DNA from: Opitutales bacterium
GTDB taxonomy: Bacteria; Verrucomicrobiota; Verrucomicrobiia; Opitutales; PNEW01
Assembly: GCA_965197745.1 (NCBI GenBank)
Contig: CBDANS010000007.1
Span: 1,792,001 to 1,856,000 of the forward strand
Reading direction: 5' to 3'
Length of the DNA: 64,000 bases
Shown piece after piece: positions 47,617 to 57,447 of the stretch. Every line of letters starts with the position of its first letter. The first letter of the stretch is position 1. The notes beneath the pieces are model-generated. The model was not told the DNA's origin and ran no database searches. It saw nothing but the letters and a program-made list of their open reading frames with translations. A program made the position numbers and the translations under genes.

Positions 47617-48610
47617 TTATGGAAATAAATCTATATCGGGCGGGGGTGGTAAATCTGGAATTGAAATACATGTTCCAGAAAGTGTTACCGGACCGCAGGG
47701 AGCGGGTGCACTGTCAATTTCCACAAATACGCTTCCTGAAATTGGACCTTCTGCTAAACAACTGATTTGAACAACCACAAGTAACGATTCTCCAGCTGGA
47801 ACCGTGGCGGGAAGTGGATTTAAGATTGTTACCCTGGAGTATCCGACGTGATGTCCGAGACAATAAAATCAGCTGAACCTGCATTTGTCAGGGTCACAAA
47901 TTGAGCTACCGGCAATCCAACAAGGACAGAACCAAAATTTATCTCTAAATTATCTATATCACATGAAATGTCAGGTTCCGCTGACACGCACACAGGTCCG
48001 CTCACAGACACATACCCGGGACTGGGTCGATCAGGTTTTCTAATATCCTGATTACCCGCTTTCGTGGCAGCCAGGACACAACCGGTATCAATTACAAATT
48101 CTGGCTCAAGTACTGACTCATCGAGCGTTAAAGAAAAAATCTGGCATTCATTGTCACCCAAATTGAGGTTGTCAAATTTCAGCCCGACTACCTGAGTGGT
48201 AGGATCCGGAAATACAAGTTCCCAGGATTCTGAACCATCCCCGCAATCTCACATCCGGCAACAAGGTCGGCAAGCGTATTGCCCTCGGATAGACAATCGA
48301 GGAACTGGCCCAATCTTATGTCCCAATGGCTTAAGTCTTTAACTTCCGGCCCGACACCTAACTTGCATACCCTGTAAATAAAGGTAGCGGCATCATTTTC
48401 ACGCGTGACATCCAAGAGTTCTATACTGAATTGTCCATTCTCGGCATTCGCTGGATTGTCGTCGCATGTGCTTAAATCCAGGATATTTTCATTAGCAGGT
48501 GGAGTATTCTTATCAGAGGGTCCATTTCCCTTGCCGGGTTTGGCACTGACGACATTCATCAGCATCGATAGAACTATCGAAGCAATAACAGTTGAAATGA
48601 CATTTTTCAT
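47617..48610 (-). CDS. Secreted protein A (DLSHW/DPTT domain + Cys/Ig-like ASH-type C-domain); two frameshifts
   Basis: Signal peptide VSA-KPGKG. Single-G insertions at ~48240 and ~47833 join the ORFs into ...DLSHW...PDPTTQVVGLKFD...ATKAG...INFGSVLVG...TLTNAGSADF...CGPVTLSGTC...DLFP*. Confidence 0.72.
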
Positions 48611-48999
48611 AACAGGTTTATCTTAAACAGGTGAAGAATTAATGAAGCTTAGATTCTTCTATTTAGTAATAGTGGTTTAGTTGTAGTAATTATCGAAATA
48701 TTCTTTTTAATTCAAAAATTACTATAAGCAATATACCCTATAAGTCAACGAGATATATATAATTCCCGGTAAAAAATAAGTAAAAAGCCCTATTTATTTT
48801 AATAATAATAAGAACCCCTTATCATTATTTATGACTTACCGGTACAGTAAATTGTTTCAGTTGACTGCAAAACGAGTGCCTGGGCTTAGCATTGAACCGG
48901 AAAATCATAGCAAATAATATAATGCTAATGACTATCTGTAAATCGCCTTTCTCCAGTTCTGATCCTTGAAGCAGGAGGAGAAAGGTGTCTTATCAGTGA

Positions 49000-49917
49000 T
49001 CACCCACCGAAATCAAATTCGAGTGGCTTCATCTCATAATACTGGTCCCACTTATCGAGGTACTCTGTCTCATATTGGATCGAGTTCACGTGTTCTATAG
49101 CTTTCTCCAAATAAGGATTTAAACCATCAGGATAAGGTTGGGCAAGAAATCGATACAGGCCGTGACAGTCATTTTCAAGTTTTGGGATGACAATCTTTTC
49201 CCAAAAGAAAGGGGTGCCTTTAAGAATATCCGCACTACTTTTAAAAATACGATCCTCCTCGGGAATATCTCGATAATCATCTGATTCCCCAAATTCACGA
49301 AAAAGTAAATTCAGCTTATTTTTATATTCGGGGTCACTAATCTGTCCCAGATAATCAGCGGTGCAAACAGCCTCCCCCATTATTCTCTCAACTTGATTAT
49401 TAAAGGGGACGGCATCGATGATGCTGCGCGGGCCGGTACAGCTTATGAGGTGTTGAACAACGAATATCTCAAAGCGATTCCAATCATTTTTGGTAAGATA
49501 TAATTCGGCAAGTTCACAGCTTCTCTGCTCGTGGACAAATGTATATTTAGCACCTGTTCCTTCGTTGTCTCCACCTTCTTTGAGGAAACCAATATCGTGG
49601 AGGATAATACCGTGAAGTCCGTTTTCAAAATCCCTTTCCGACAACATCGGTTCAATTTCATGAAGTTGTCGATTTGCCATGAGTCTTGTCCAACAGAGTG
49701 CGGCTTGTAAGGTGTGTTCCAAATTATGATAAGCGGCATCCATCTCCTGATATTCCCAGTAAGTGCCATTAAACATGCTATTAACGTCGGAAAAGAGTTG
49801 AGAAATCATTTCCGTATTCGCTTTGGGAAACACTTTTTTTTGTATCTCCTGAACCGCCTTTTCCACAACCAAGTAGTCTCTGGTGTCCACTTCATCCAGC
49901 GTGTAATTTAAACTCAT
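49000..49917 (-). CDS. HD-superfamily metal-dependent phosphohydrolase (PDEase-like)
   Basis: YHNLEHT, LHDIG, HEQRS, ADYLGQ. Confidence 0.82.
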   Translation of the reverse strand: MSLNYTLDEVDTRDYLVVEKAVQEIQKKVFPKANTEMISQLFSDVNSMFNGTYWEYQEMDAAYHNLEHTLQAALCWTRLMANRQLHEIEPMLSERDFENGLHGIILHDIGFLKEGGDNEGTGAKYTFVHEQRSCELAELYLTKNDWNRFEIFVVQHLISCTGPRSIIDAVPFNNQVERIMGEAVCTADYLGQISDPEYKNKLNLLFREFGESDDYRDIPEEDRIFKSSADILKGTPFFWEKIVIPKLENDCHGLYRFLAQPYPDGLNPYLEKAIEHVNSIQYETEYLDKWDQYYEMKPLEFDFGG

Positions 49918-50104
49918 GATAAATTCGTCCTATCCTGTATAAATTAGTAATTAAATAATATTCCTCTTAAAATAATCCGGATAATCGGATCTATATTATC
50001 GTAAATAGTTATTAATATAAATGTGAAACAATAGCAATTTTTTTTACATTTAACTTCAACCGCTTTGTACAATTGTTACCTAACGGTGATAATAAAGGGT
50101 AAAT

Positions 50105-51723
50105 CTATTCGTTTCTCTCGGGGAGAGGAACCATTAAGGGGAGTATCCATCGAGCATGTCTGAACAACGGGTAGGACACCTTTGTCAGATCCGACTGCGG
50201 GTCAATTAATGGTTGAAACTCCCGGCCATTGAGAGAAGCAATTACACGTGCTCTTATTTCAACCTCTTCATACCCTTCATTTTTCATCTTCTGCTCAAGG
50301 AATTGGACAAATTGAATAACTAATCCGGGTCGAGAGGTCATTTTTTCGGTCTGTTTCGGTGTCAAATAATCTTGCGGATCAACAATCCACTGTTCCTTTG
50401 TTGTCGCATCAGTAATGATGAAAAATCCGGCTGACTCTTTATCACGCAATTTCATATGCCATGAATAATTATGGCCTTCCTCGGTCCAATGAACATTGCC
50501 TGAGATGATAAAATGACGCAAGGGAACCAAGATCTGGAGAAGCACCCAAGCGCCAAGCAAGATATACACAACCTTGCTCTCTGGAAAAAAACCAGGCTCA
50601 GATTCACTGATCGACAGTTTTTTTTCTTCTTCGGAGAATGCACTTGCATTAGTGGATGTTGATATAGATTTATTTTCATTCACTGACCGAAATGGTTCGT
50701 CCACGTGAAACGCGGCAATGGCCAGGCCCAACCCACCTACTATAGCTCGGATCGGTGAAAAACTGGTGGGAAGGAATCCGCCAATGAAAAATCCAAAAAC
50801 AAAACCTCCCGTTATTTTACACATGGAGACAAGATCAGCTTTGATTAGACTGCTAACGGCACGACGAGGCCAATCTGTGTCGAAAAATACAGCAGTCGTA
50901 ACGATCATTGTCCAGGGAAAGATACCAATACTGAAAAGCCGTGCATTCATAAAATGGAACAAAAGGGTAATGGCATAACCCAATACACGGGTCCGTCGGT
51001 GAATGAGCAGGAAGACGACTGATAAATCAATAAAAACAAGGCACTGTAAGCCATGAACAATACGAAAACCTCATTGGTAAAGAACTGGCCGAGAAAAGGA
51101 AAATCGGTCCGTGCGGCCAACCAGGCTCTTAAGGGTTCACCATACAACCAGTCCGAATTTAGCTTGGCGACACCGCCAAAGAAATATGGAACACCAACCT
51201 GGAAACGGAGGAGCCAAATCGACCAGGCAGGAATAAATCTCATTCGATGATTAGATTTTCGCAAGACGTCGAGTGAAAAAGAACGATTCGCCGGAACAAA
51301 TATCATGAGGAAAGCGATAAGACAGACGAGATAGAGATGATTGAGATATATCGCTTTCTCCAGTAAAAATATATAAGTGATCATTAAGAAAAAAAGGATG
51401 GCACATATTCGGTAGAACAATCCCAGGATAAGACAGAGGGCTATAATGCCCATCGCTACGATATGAATTTTCATGCCAAGACCCGGCCAGGGCTGAATAA
51501 ATTCAAACGGCCAATATTTAAAATAAAATACAGGGTTTGAAAAATAACGCCCGGTCCAGTCGTGTGCGATGAAACGCCACGCTTCCCAGAGCATGATCGA
51601 GTAGAAGCTGATTCGAATAAAAACGAGGCCGGCAATATCGACAGGGCTGAGAATGAAAGCGAAAATACTATGGAGTGGGTCGTGCTTTCCCCTATCCCTT
51701 TGTTCTCTATGAGGAGTTGTCAT
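50105..51723 (-). CDS. HTTM-domain / vitamin K-dependent gamma-carboxylase-like membrane protein; one frameshift
   Basis: YLNHLYL, YFFGGVAKLNSDWL.GEP, FSIGIFPW, WTEEGHNYSWHMKLR, SLNGR...LIDP. The two ORFs join via an indel in the A run at ~51032-51036. Confidence 0.85.
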
Positions 51724-51883
51724 CTTTGAAAAATTCCCAGCGGAGACTGATAAAAGGCTGTAACTATGTCCTTAAAATCAATTTAGATTCATTATTTAAT
51801 CGTTATGAATAAATAGAATAACTATTTTATCGGGAATAGATATAACTCTTTTTAATTATTTCTAAAAAGTAATTATAAACCCG

Positions 51884-53929
51884 ATGGTGAATTCGAAATC
51901 CAAACTCGAGAATGAATGCCCGGAGAAGGGAACGCGTACGCATTCAAACTGGTTAAAGGTAGGGGTTCACCTCTCAGTGATTTTTATCCTGTCGACATTG
52001 ATATTCGGGAATACCCTGAACAATGTTCTTCACCTGGATTCAATTTACCGTGTAGGGAACAACCCCGAGCTTGATAAGGTCTGGCCTCCCTGGAGGCATT
52101 TTACCGATCCGCGCACAAGCACATCGATACCACAAATTACGGCATTCCGTCCATTGCTTCCGCTGACCCTATCAATAAATAATGCCTTCAGTGATTTTAT
52201 AGGATGTGAAAGGTTAACAGGATTTCATCTCGGAAATATCGCGATCCACATTGGGACCTCTTTTATTCTCTATTTTTTCTTTATAGAATTACTTCAGTAT
52301 TGGGCGAAACTCGCAAAGCCCAAAAGGGATCTATGCAATATAGCGTTTGCCTCAACCTTAATTTTTGCAGTTCATCCTATATCCGGTGTTCCCGTAAACT
52401 ACATAGCGGCGCGTGATCTACTTTTGATGATGTTTTTCCTTATGGGATCTCTTTTCACATATGTGAGAATGAGACGTCTCGGTGAAACATTTACCGGATG
52501 GGCCTTTTCCCTGGGCCTACTCTCTCTATCGATGCTTTCGAAGCAGAATAGTGTGGTCGCGCCTGTATTGATATTTACCTTCGAGCTTCTTTTTGCTCGT
52601 CACTCCTATCGATCATGGAAAACCTGGTTATACCCACTCGCCTTCGGAAGTGTCATCGCCATTTTTTTTGTATGGACAGAAATCATACTCGATTTTTCCG
52701 ATCTGGGTCAGCTCCACACCGAAGCGATGACTCCATGGATTTATGCATGCACTATGGGACGAGTCCATCTCTTATACTATATACGAAATTTTATTTGGCC
52801 CTTTTCCATGCGGCCTCTCCCTTACATCGAAGCAGCGGAAGGAATATTCGATCCCGGAGTTATCATCGGCATTATCTTTATCCTCATAATTCTCGTAATC
52901 GCTTTCGTTTTCTGGCGCCGTGCGCCATTACTGAGCTGGTGCATCCTCTCATACTGGGGACTATTCGCTCCAACTTCATCCATCCGCCCATTTCGCTATC
53001 TTGTCGTTGACTATCGGCAGTACCCTTCGCTCGCATTTTTAAGCCTGGGACTAATACTTGGCCTTACTCTGTTGTTGTCTAATATTCCCAGGCAACGCCT
53101 GATCTGCTCTATAATAGTTGCCGTGGTAATTTGTTATTTTGGGATCTCTACATTTTTTATGAATAGAATCTGGCAAACTGAAGAAAAATTCTGGGGACAA
53201 AGTGTGCGTTATGGGGCAACAGCTCTTGCTCACATGAATTACGCTATGAGCATCCAGTATAAAAATCCACCATTAGCGGAAAAACATTTTCATGACACCC
53301 TAAAACTATCTCCAGGACATACCTATACGCATATAAATCTCGGATTGTTCTACATTCGATCGGGTAAGGTCGAAGAAGGTCTCAGTTACGTAAAAAAAGC
53401 TACTCAACTTGCTCCTAGCTGGGCCATAAGCCACTATTGGCTATCCAAAGCTTATCGTCAGGTAGGAAAATTGGCTGAAGCACAGGTAGAGAGCCATCGT
53501 GCCGCGGACCTGGATCCACGCAACGCTAAATACCAATACCAGGCTGCCTGGGATTTACAGGAACAAGGTGATGTCCTAAGATCACTCCCCTACTTGGAAC
53601 GCGTAGCCCGGATCAGTCCGGGCTATAAAATAGCTAATTTTCTTGAAGGATTTGCTCTCCAGAAAGCGGGGCGCTGGAAAGAGGCTGAATACAAGTACCG
53701 CCATTTTCTCCAGCAAAAACCGGATCATGCTCAGACTCACTTTAACCTGGCTTATGGATTAATGAACCATGGCGAACATACTGATGCTATAGATTTCTTT
53801 ATGGAGGCGCTTCGTCTGAATCCGGATATGAGTTCAACCCACCATTGGCTCTCAATATGCTATGACGAACTTGGGAACTCAGAAAAGGCAGCTTATTATA
53901 GGGCACAATATGAAGCGACTAAACATTGA
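51884..53929 (+). CDS. TMTC-like multi-pass membrane protein (GT-C fold) with C-terminal TPR repeats
   Basis: FRPL, FHLGNIAIH, IFAVHP, LSK, NRIWQTEEKFW; about 11 TM segments, then TPRs. Confidence 0.8.
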   Translation: MVNSKSKLENECPEKGTRTHSNWLKVGVHLSVIFILSTLIFGNTLNNVLHLDSIYRVGNNPELDKVWPPWRHFTDPRTSTSIPQITAFRPLLPLTLSINNAFSDFIGCERLTGFHLGNIAIHIGTSFILYFFFIELLQYWAKLAKPKRDLCNIAFASTLIFAVHPISGVPVNYIAARDLLLMMFFLMGSLFTYVRMRRLGETFTGWAFSLGLLSLSMLSKQNSVVAPVLIFTFELLFARHSYRSWKTWLYPLAFGSVIAIFFVWTEIILDFSDLGQLHTEAMTPWIYACTMGRVHLLYYIRNFIWPFSMRPLPYIEAAEGIFDPGVIIGIIFILIILVIAFVFWRRAPLLSWCILSYWGLFAPTSSIRPFRYLVVDYRQYPSLAFLSLGLILGLTLLLSNIPRQRLICSIIVAVVICYFGISTFFMNRIWQTEEKFWGQSVRYGATALAHMNYAMSIQYKNPPLAEKHFHDTLKLSPGHTYTHINLGLFYIRSGKVEEGLSYVKKATQLAPSWAISHYWLSKAYRQVGKLAEAQVESHRAADLDPRNAKYQYQAAWDLQEQGDVLRSLPYLERVARISPGYKIANFLEGFALQKAGRWKEAEYKYRHFLQQKPDHAQTHFNLAYGLMNHGEHTDAIDFFMEALRLNPDMSSTHHWLSICYDELGNSEKAAYYRAQYEATKH

Positions 53930-53967
53930 GATCTTGCCTCATCACTTCGGGATTATAAAGTAGTAGA

Positions 53968-54044
<77 letters not shown>

Positions 54045-54082
54045 AATTAGGCAAAGTTGAGTAATTAGGAGTGAATTGAATA

Positions 54083-54364
54083 TCAACTCAAGGTTTTTTT
54101 TGCTTTAGGTTGTAATCCCGTCATAGCAAAAAACCCATTTCCACCCTTTTGTCTTTTAAGCTTATTCTACAAAATTCGGGCATGGGATAGATTCATAGGT
54201 CTACTAAACCATACAATACTCCAAGGGCCTCTGCTCCGTGTCCACCGACTTACGCCCGAATTATGATCTTCCTGACGTTTGTGAAAATTATTGCTCAGTC
54301 CAATATAAAAACTCCCCACTGAATTTTGCAATACATAGACATGGTAGAGAGGGTCCGTGCGCAT
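54083..54364 (-). pseudogene. GIY-YIG nuclease with premature TAG
   Basis: YHVYVLQ...FYIG...R..HNSG..WT..RGPW; TAG at 54167-54169 where the second copy has Glu (ILENKLKRQKGG); the frame continues to 54083. Confidence 0.85.
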
Positions 54365-54491
54365 GAGTTTAAGAATAATTAACTCAGAATCTTTTATCGG
54401 CACAACCTGCGCTATGTTAATACTTCCATAACGACAGTTTGGAGATTAATTGGCCATAAGCTGATTTTACGCCGATCCCGCAGTTGCGGGA

Positions 54492-54530
54492 TTATGAGCC
54501 TGACGAGCTACCGGACTGCTCCACCCTGCA
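54492..54530 (-). pseudogene. 5' half of tRNA-fMet truncated in the anticodon loop
   Basis: 39 nt identical to 54006-54044, followed on the minus strand by the hairpin ATCCCGCA-AC-TGCGGGAT instead of the 3' half. Confidence 0.9.
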
Positions 54531-54757
54531 AAGTAGGCAAAGGTGAGTAATTAGGAGTGAATTGATTATCAACTCAAGTTTTTTTTGCTCAGGTTGTAAT
54601 CCAGTCATGGCAAAAACCTCTTTTCCACCCTTTTGTCTTTTAAGCTTGTTTTCCAGAATTTGGGTATGGGATAGATTCATAGAGCGGCTATGCAATACAA
54701 TACTCCAGGGGCCTTTGTTCTGTGTCCACCGATTCACGCATCAATTATGATCATCCT
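54492..54757 (-). pseudogene. 5'-truncated GIY-YIG nuclease copy reading into the tRNA half
   Basis: RWTQNKGPWSIV...ILENKLKRQKGG...CRVEQSGSSSGS*; lacks the GIY/YIG N-terminus. Confidence 0.75.
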
Positions 54758-54942
54758 CGAAAAATGCGTGTCCGCTATCATATAAAATCTTCTTGCTTTC
54801 CTCAAAGCAGTAGCTATTTCTGACTGTTTCACAATGGCTGGGTCTGTCCCGATGATTTCACCCATAAATTTTAATACACCTACGAATATACATTATATAA
54901 TACAGCTAGTATTCGGTTAGCTCCGGCTATTAACGGTCAGAT

Positions 54943-55815
54943 ATGAATATCACCATAAACGATCTACTTGACGCAGGCGTCCACTTCGGACACCAGTTGC
55001 GTCGCTTCAATCCCAAGGTGAAAAAATTTGTTTTCGACAACCGCCATGGAATCTCCGTCATCGACCTGGAACAGACTTTTTCCCTCCTCGAAGATGCGAC
55101 CAAATATATTGAGGAACTTGTAGCATCGGGTAAAAATATACTTTTTGTCGGAACCAAGCGACAGGCTCAGGAGATAATCCGCGAAGCTGCCACGTCCTGT
55201 CAGATGCCCTTTTGTGCTAATCGATGGATGGGAGGAACCCTCACCAATTTTGCCACTATAAAATCCAGCCTGGATAAATATAAGAACTATCTCGCCATGG
55301 ATGCCGACGGTTCACTTGACGAGCTGCACAACAAAGAGGCAGCTGCCATCCGCCGTGAGATGAACCGGATGCAACGCAACTTTGAAGGCCTCATTGAAAT
55401 GGATGGACTGCCCTCGGCCCTCTTCGTGATCGACATCAATCATGAAGAAATCGCGGTAGCCGAAGCCAAAAGAGTAAATACTCCGGTGATCGCGCTCGTT
55501 GACACTAACAGCAACCCTAACCTCGTCGATAAGCCAATTCCCGGTAATGATGACTCGATTAAATCCATACGCGTAATAGTTGAGACGGTCGTAGAAGCAG
55601 TGCAAAATGGGCTCTCTCAAAGGGAAGCTCAATCCTCTACGGCAATAGGGATAACCCCTATTGTGCGTGAATTTACAAAAGAAGAACAGCTCCCCATTAC
55701 CGCTCCAACCATTCCTACGGGTGAAGAAGAAGCGACAAGCGACATTCCTACGTCGTACTCTACAGACTCTGATGATGAAACATCAGGGGGCACACAAGGC
55801 CCGTTGTCTAAATAG
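54943..55815 (+). CDS. rpsB: 30S ribosomal protein S2
   Basis: LLDAGVHFGH, FVGTKRQA, RWMGGTLTNF, VDTN, PGNDD. Confidence 0.98.
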   Translation: MNITINDLLDAGVHFGHQLRRFNPKVKKFVFDNRHGISVIDLEQTFSLLEDATKYIEELVASGKNILFVGTKRQAQEIIREAATSCQMPFCANRWMGGTLTNFATIKSSLDKYKNYLAMDADGSLDELHNKEAAAIRREMNRMQRNFEGLIEMDGLPSALFVIDINHEEIAVAEAKRVNTPVIALVDTNSNPNLVDKPIPGNDDSIKSIRVIVETVVEAVQNGLSQREAQSSTAIGITPIVREFTKEEQLPITAPTIPTGEEEATSDIPTSYSTDSDDETSGGTQGPLSK

Positions 55816-55858
55816 ATATATTTTCTCTCCAAGTTGGAATAATTACTCAGGTAATAAT

Positions 55859-56452
55859 ATGACTGTTGAAATTACAGCTAAAATGGTCAGCTCTTTACGA
55901 TCAGCAACAGGCGCCGGTCTCATGGATTGCAAGAAAGCATTGACCGAGGCTAAGGGTGATTCTGAACAGGCTATCCTGATTCTGCGCAAGAAGGGCATGG
56001 CGGCAGCGGAAAAAAAACTCGACCGCAGCGCCAGTGAAGGACTGATTGAGCAATACATTCACCTGGGAGGCAAGGTCGGTGTTCTCTTGGAAGTCAATTG
56101 TGAGACTGACTTTGTAGCAAAAACGGATGACTTCAAAAAACTTGTTAAAGACATTTGTCTCCACATTGCAGCGGCAAATCCGATTTGCATATCCAGCGAT
56201 GAGGTGCCAAAAGAATTAATTGAAAAAGAGCGTGATATCGCAGCGTCCCAAATTCAAAATAAACCACCTGATATTATTCAAAAAATAATTGAAGGAAAAT
56301 TGGTAAAATATTTCCAGGAAGTCTGCCTGATTGAGCAACCCTTTGTTAAAAATCCAGATCAAACGATAAAGGATCTGATTACAGAAAAGATCGCCAAGCT
56401 TGGTGAAAACATCGTAATTCGTCGTTTTACACGCTACCAGATGGGCGATTAA
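55859..56452 (+). CDS. tsf: Elongation factor Ts (short form)
   Basis: ATG at 55859; LRSATGAGLMDCKKAL, EVNCETDFVA, LGENIVIRRF. Confidence 0.97.
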   Translation: MTVEITAKMVSSLRSATGAGLMDCKKALTEAKGDSEQAILILRKKGMAAAEKKLDRSASEGLIEQYIHLGGKVGVLLEVNCETDFVAKTDDFKKLVKDICLHIAAANPICISSDEVPKELIEKERDIAASQIQNKPPDIIQKIIEGKLVKYFQEVCLIEQPFVKNPDQTIKDLITEKIAKLGENIVIRRFTRYQMGD

Positions 56453-56479
56453 GAGGGTTTTCCAACCCTTAGTGCTGAC

Positions 56480-57409
56480 TTATAAACCCAATAGCTCTGT
56501 CATAAAAGCACTGAGCTTTTCCTGCTCTTCATCACTGAGCGAATAGTACGGCGATCTTCGATAGCGTTTGGAAAGTCCGGCACATTCTAAAATGCCGTGA
56601 ATAGCCGCGTCACGGCTTCCTCTTACGTTATTATTATAATCGAAAAAAGGCATATCGAAATCACGAATAATTACAGCCGCAGTTTTTATATTCCCTTCAA
56701 GAATGGCGTGCCAATAGCGCCAGGTTAATTCAGGCTTAAAAATAATAAAATTCGAGAAATATCCATTAACCCCATAAGGTAGCATGTTCATATGATTCTG
56801 TTTTAATCCCCCTGCAATAATCGCCCACTGTTCATAGGCCATGAGGCATACCTTGCGCACAAATTCACCGCAGACGTCATCTTTCAGGGCAACGACCCCT
56901 GGGGCTCTCTCAATGAGCGCCTCGATAACATTATAAGAAAAAGCTAACGGTCGATACTTGAGATAATTGGTTACAATCATAACGGGAATATGTTTCCCCA
57001 CTGCGCTATAATGACCGACAAGTGAATCCACAGTTGTCGATTGAGCCCAATCAGGCGGTAAAACCATAAGCATGTCCGCACCGAGCTGAACGCAATATTT
57101 TGCGAAATCGACAGCTTTACCGGTCCACCAGGTCCCCGTTGCTGCGACGACAATTACGCGTTTATTGACATGCGCTACAATAAATTTGGTGATCTCAGCT
57201 ATTTCATCATCAGTAAGGACTGAAAATAAGCTATTACCCCAAGTAAGGATAATATTTTTGGCCCCAGCGCTAATGACAGTGTCTATTTGTCGACGCAGTC
57301 CATTCCAGTCGATTTCACCATTTTTTTCAAATGGAGTCCGGACTGAAGGACAAGGTCCGGTCAGGGCTTCACGCAATTCGAGAGGACATTTTTCTTTTTT
57401 TTGCCCCAT
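56480..57409 (-). CDS. DHDPS/NAL-family class I aldolase (paralog 2)
   Basis: RTPF...GEIDW, GADMLMVLPP, VVALKDD (Schiff-base Lys). Confidence 0.8.
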   Translation of the reverse strand: MGQKKEKCPLELREALTGPCPSVRTPFEKNGEIDWNGLRRQIDTVISAGAKNIILTWGNSLFSVLTDDEIAEITKFIVAHVNKRVIVVAATGTWWTGKAVDFAKYCVQLGADMLMVLPPDWAQSTTVDSLVGHYSAVGKHIPVMIVTNYLKYRPLAFSYNVIEALIERAPGVVALKDDVCGEFVRKVCLMAYEQWAIIAGGLKQNHMNMLPYGVNGYFSNFIIFKPELTWRYWHAILEGNIKTAAVIIRDFDMPFFDYNNNVRGSRDAAIHGILECAGLSKRYRRSPYYSLSDEEQEKLSAFMTELLGL

Positions 57410-57447
57410 GGTTTTAGGGGTAAAATATAATTTACCGTTCAGAATTT

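Noticed and set aside
47390..47765. ORFs 47390-47671 (-) and 47562-47765 (+)
   Set aside because: They overlap the reconstructed C-terminus of gene A in other frames and have no recognisable motifs
40777..53967. Prophage or integrative element at tRNA-Met
   Set aside because: No integrase or phage genes, and no duplicated tRNA 3' end was noticed; island status is inferred only from gene content
54045..54492. Group I intron with homing endonuclease in tRNA-fMet
   Set aside because: The downstream tRNA is complete rather than a 3' exon, and no group I core elements were recognised; a tandem duplication fits better
55661..55858. N-terminal extension of EF-Ts in the ORF track
   Set aside because: It overlaps rpsB; homology begins at ATG 55859
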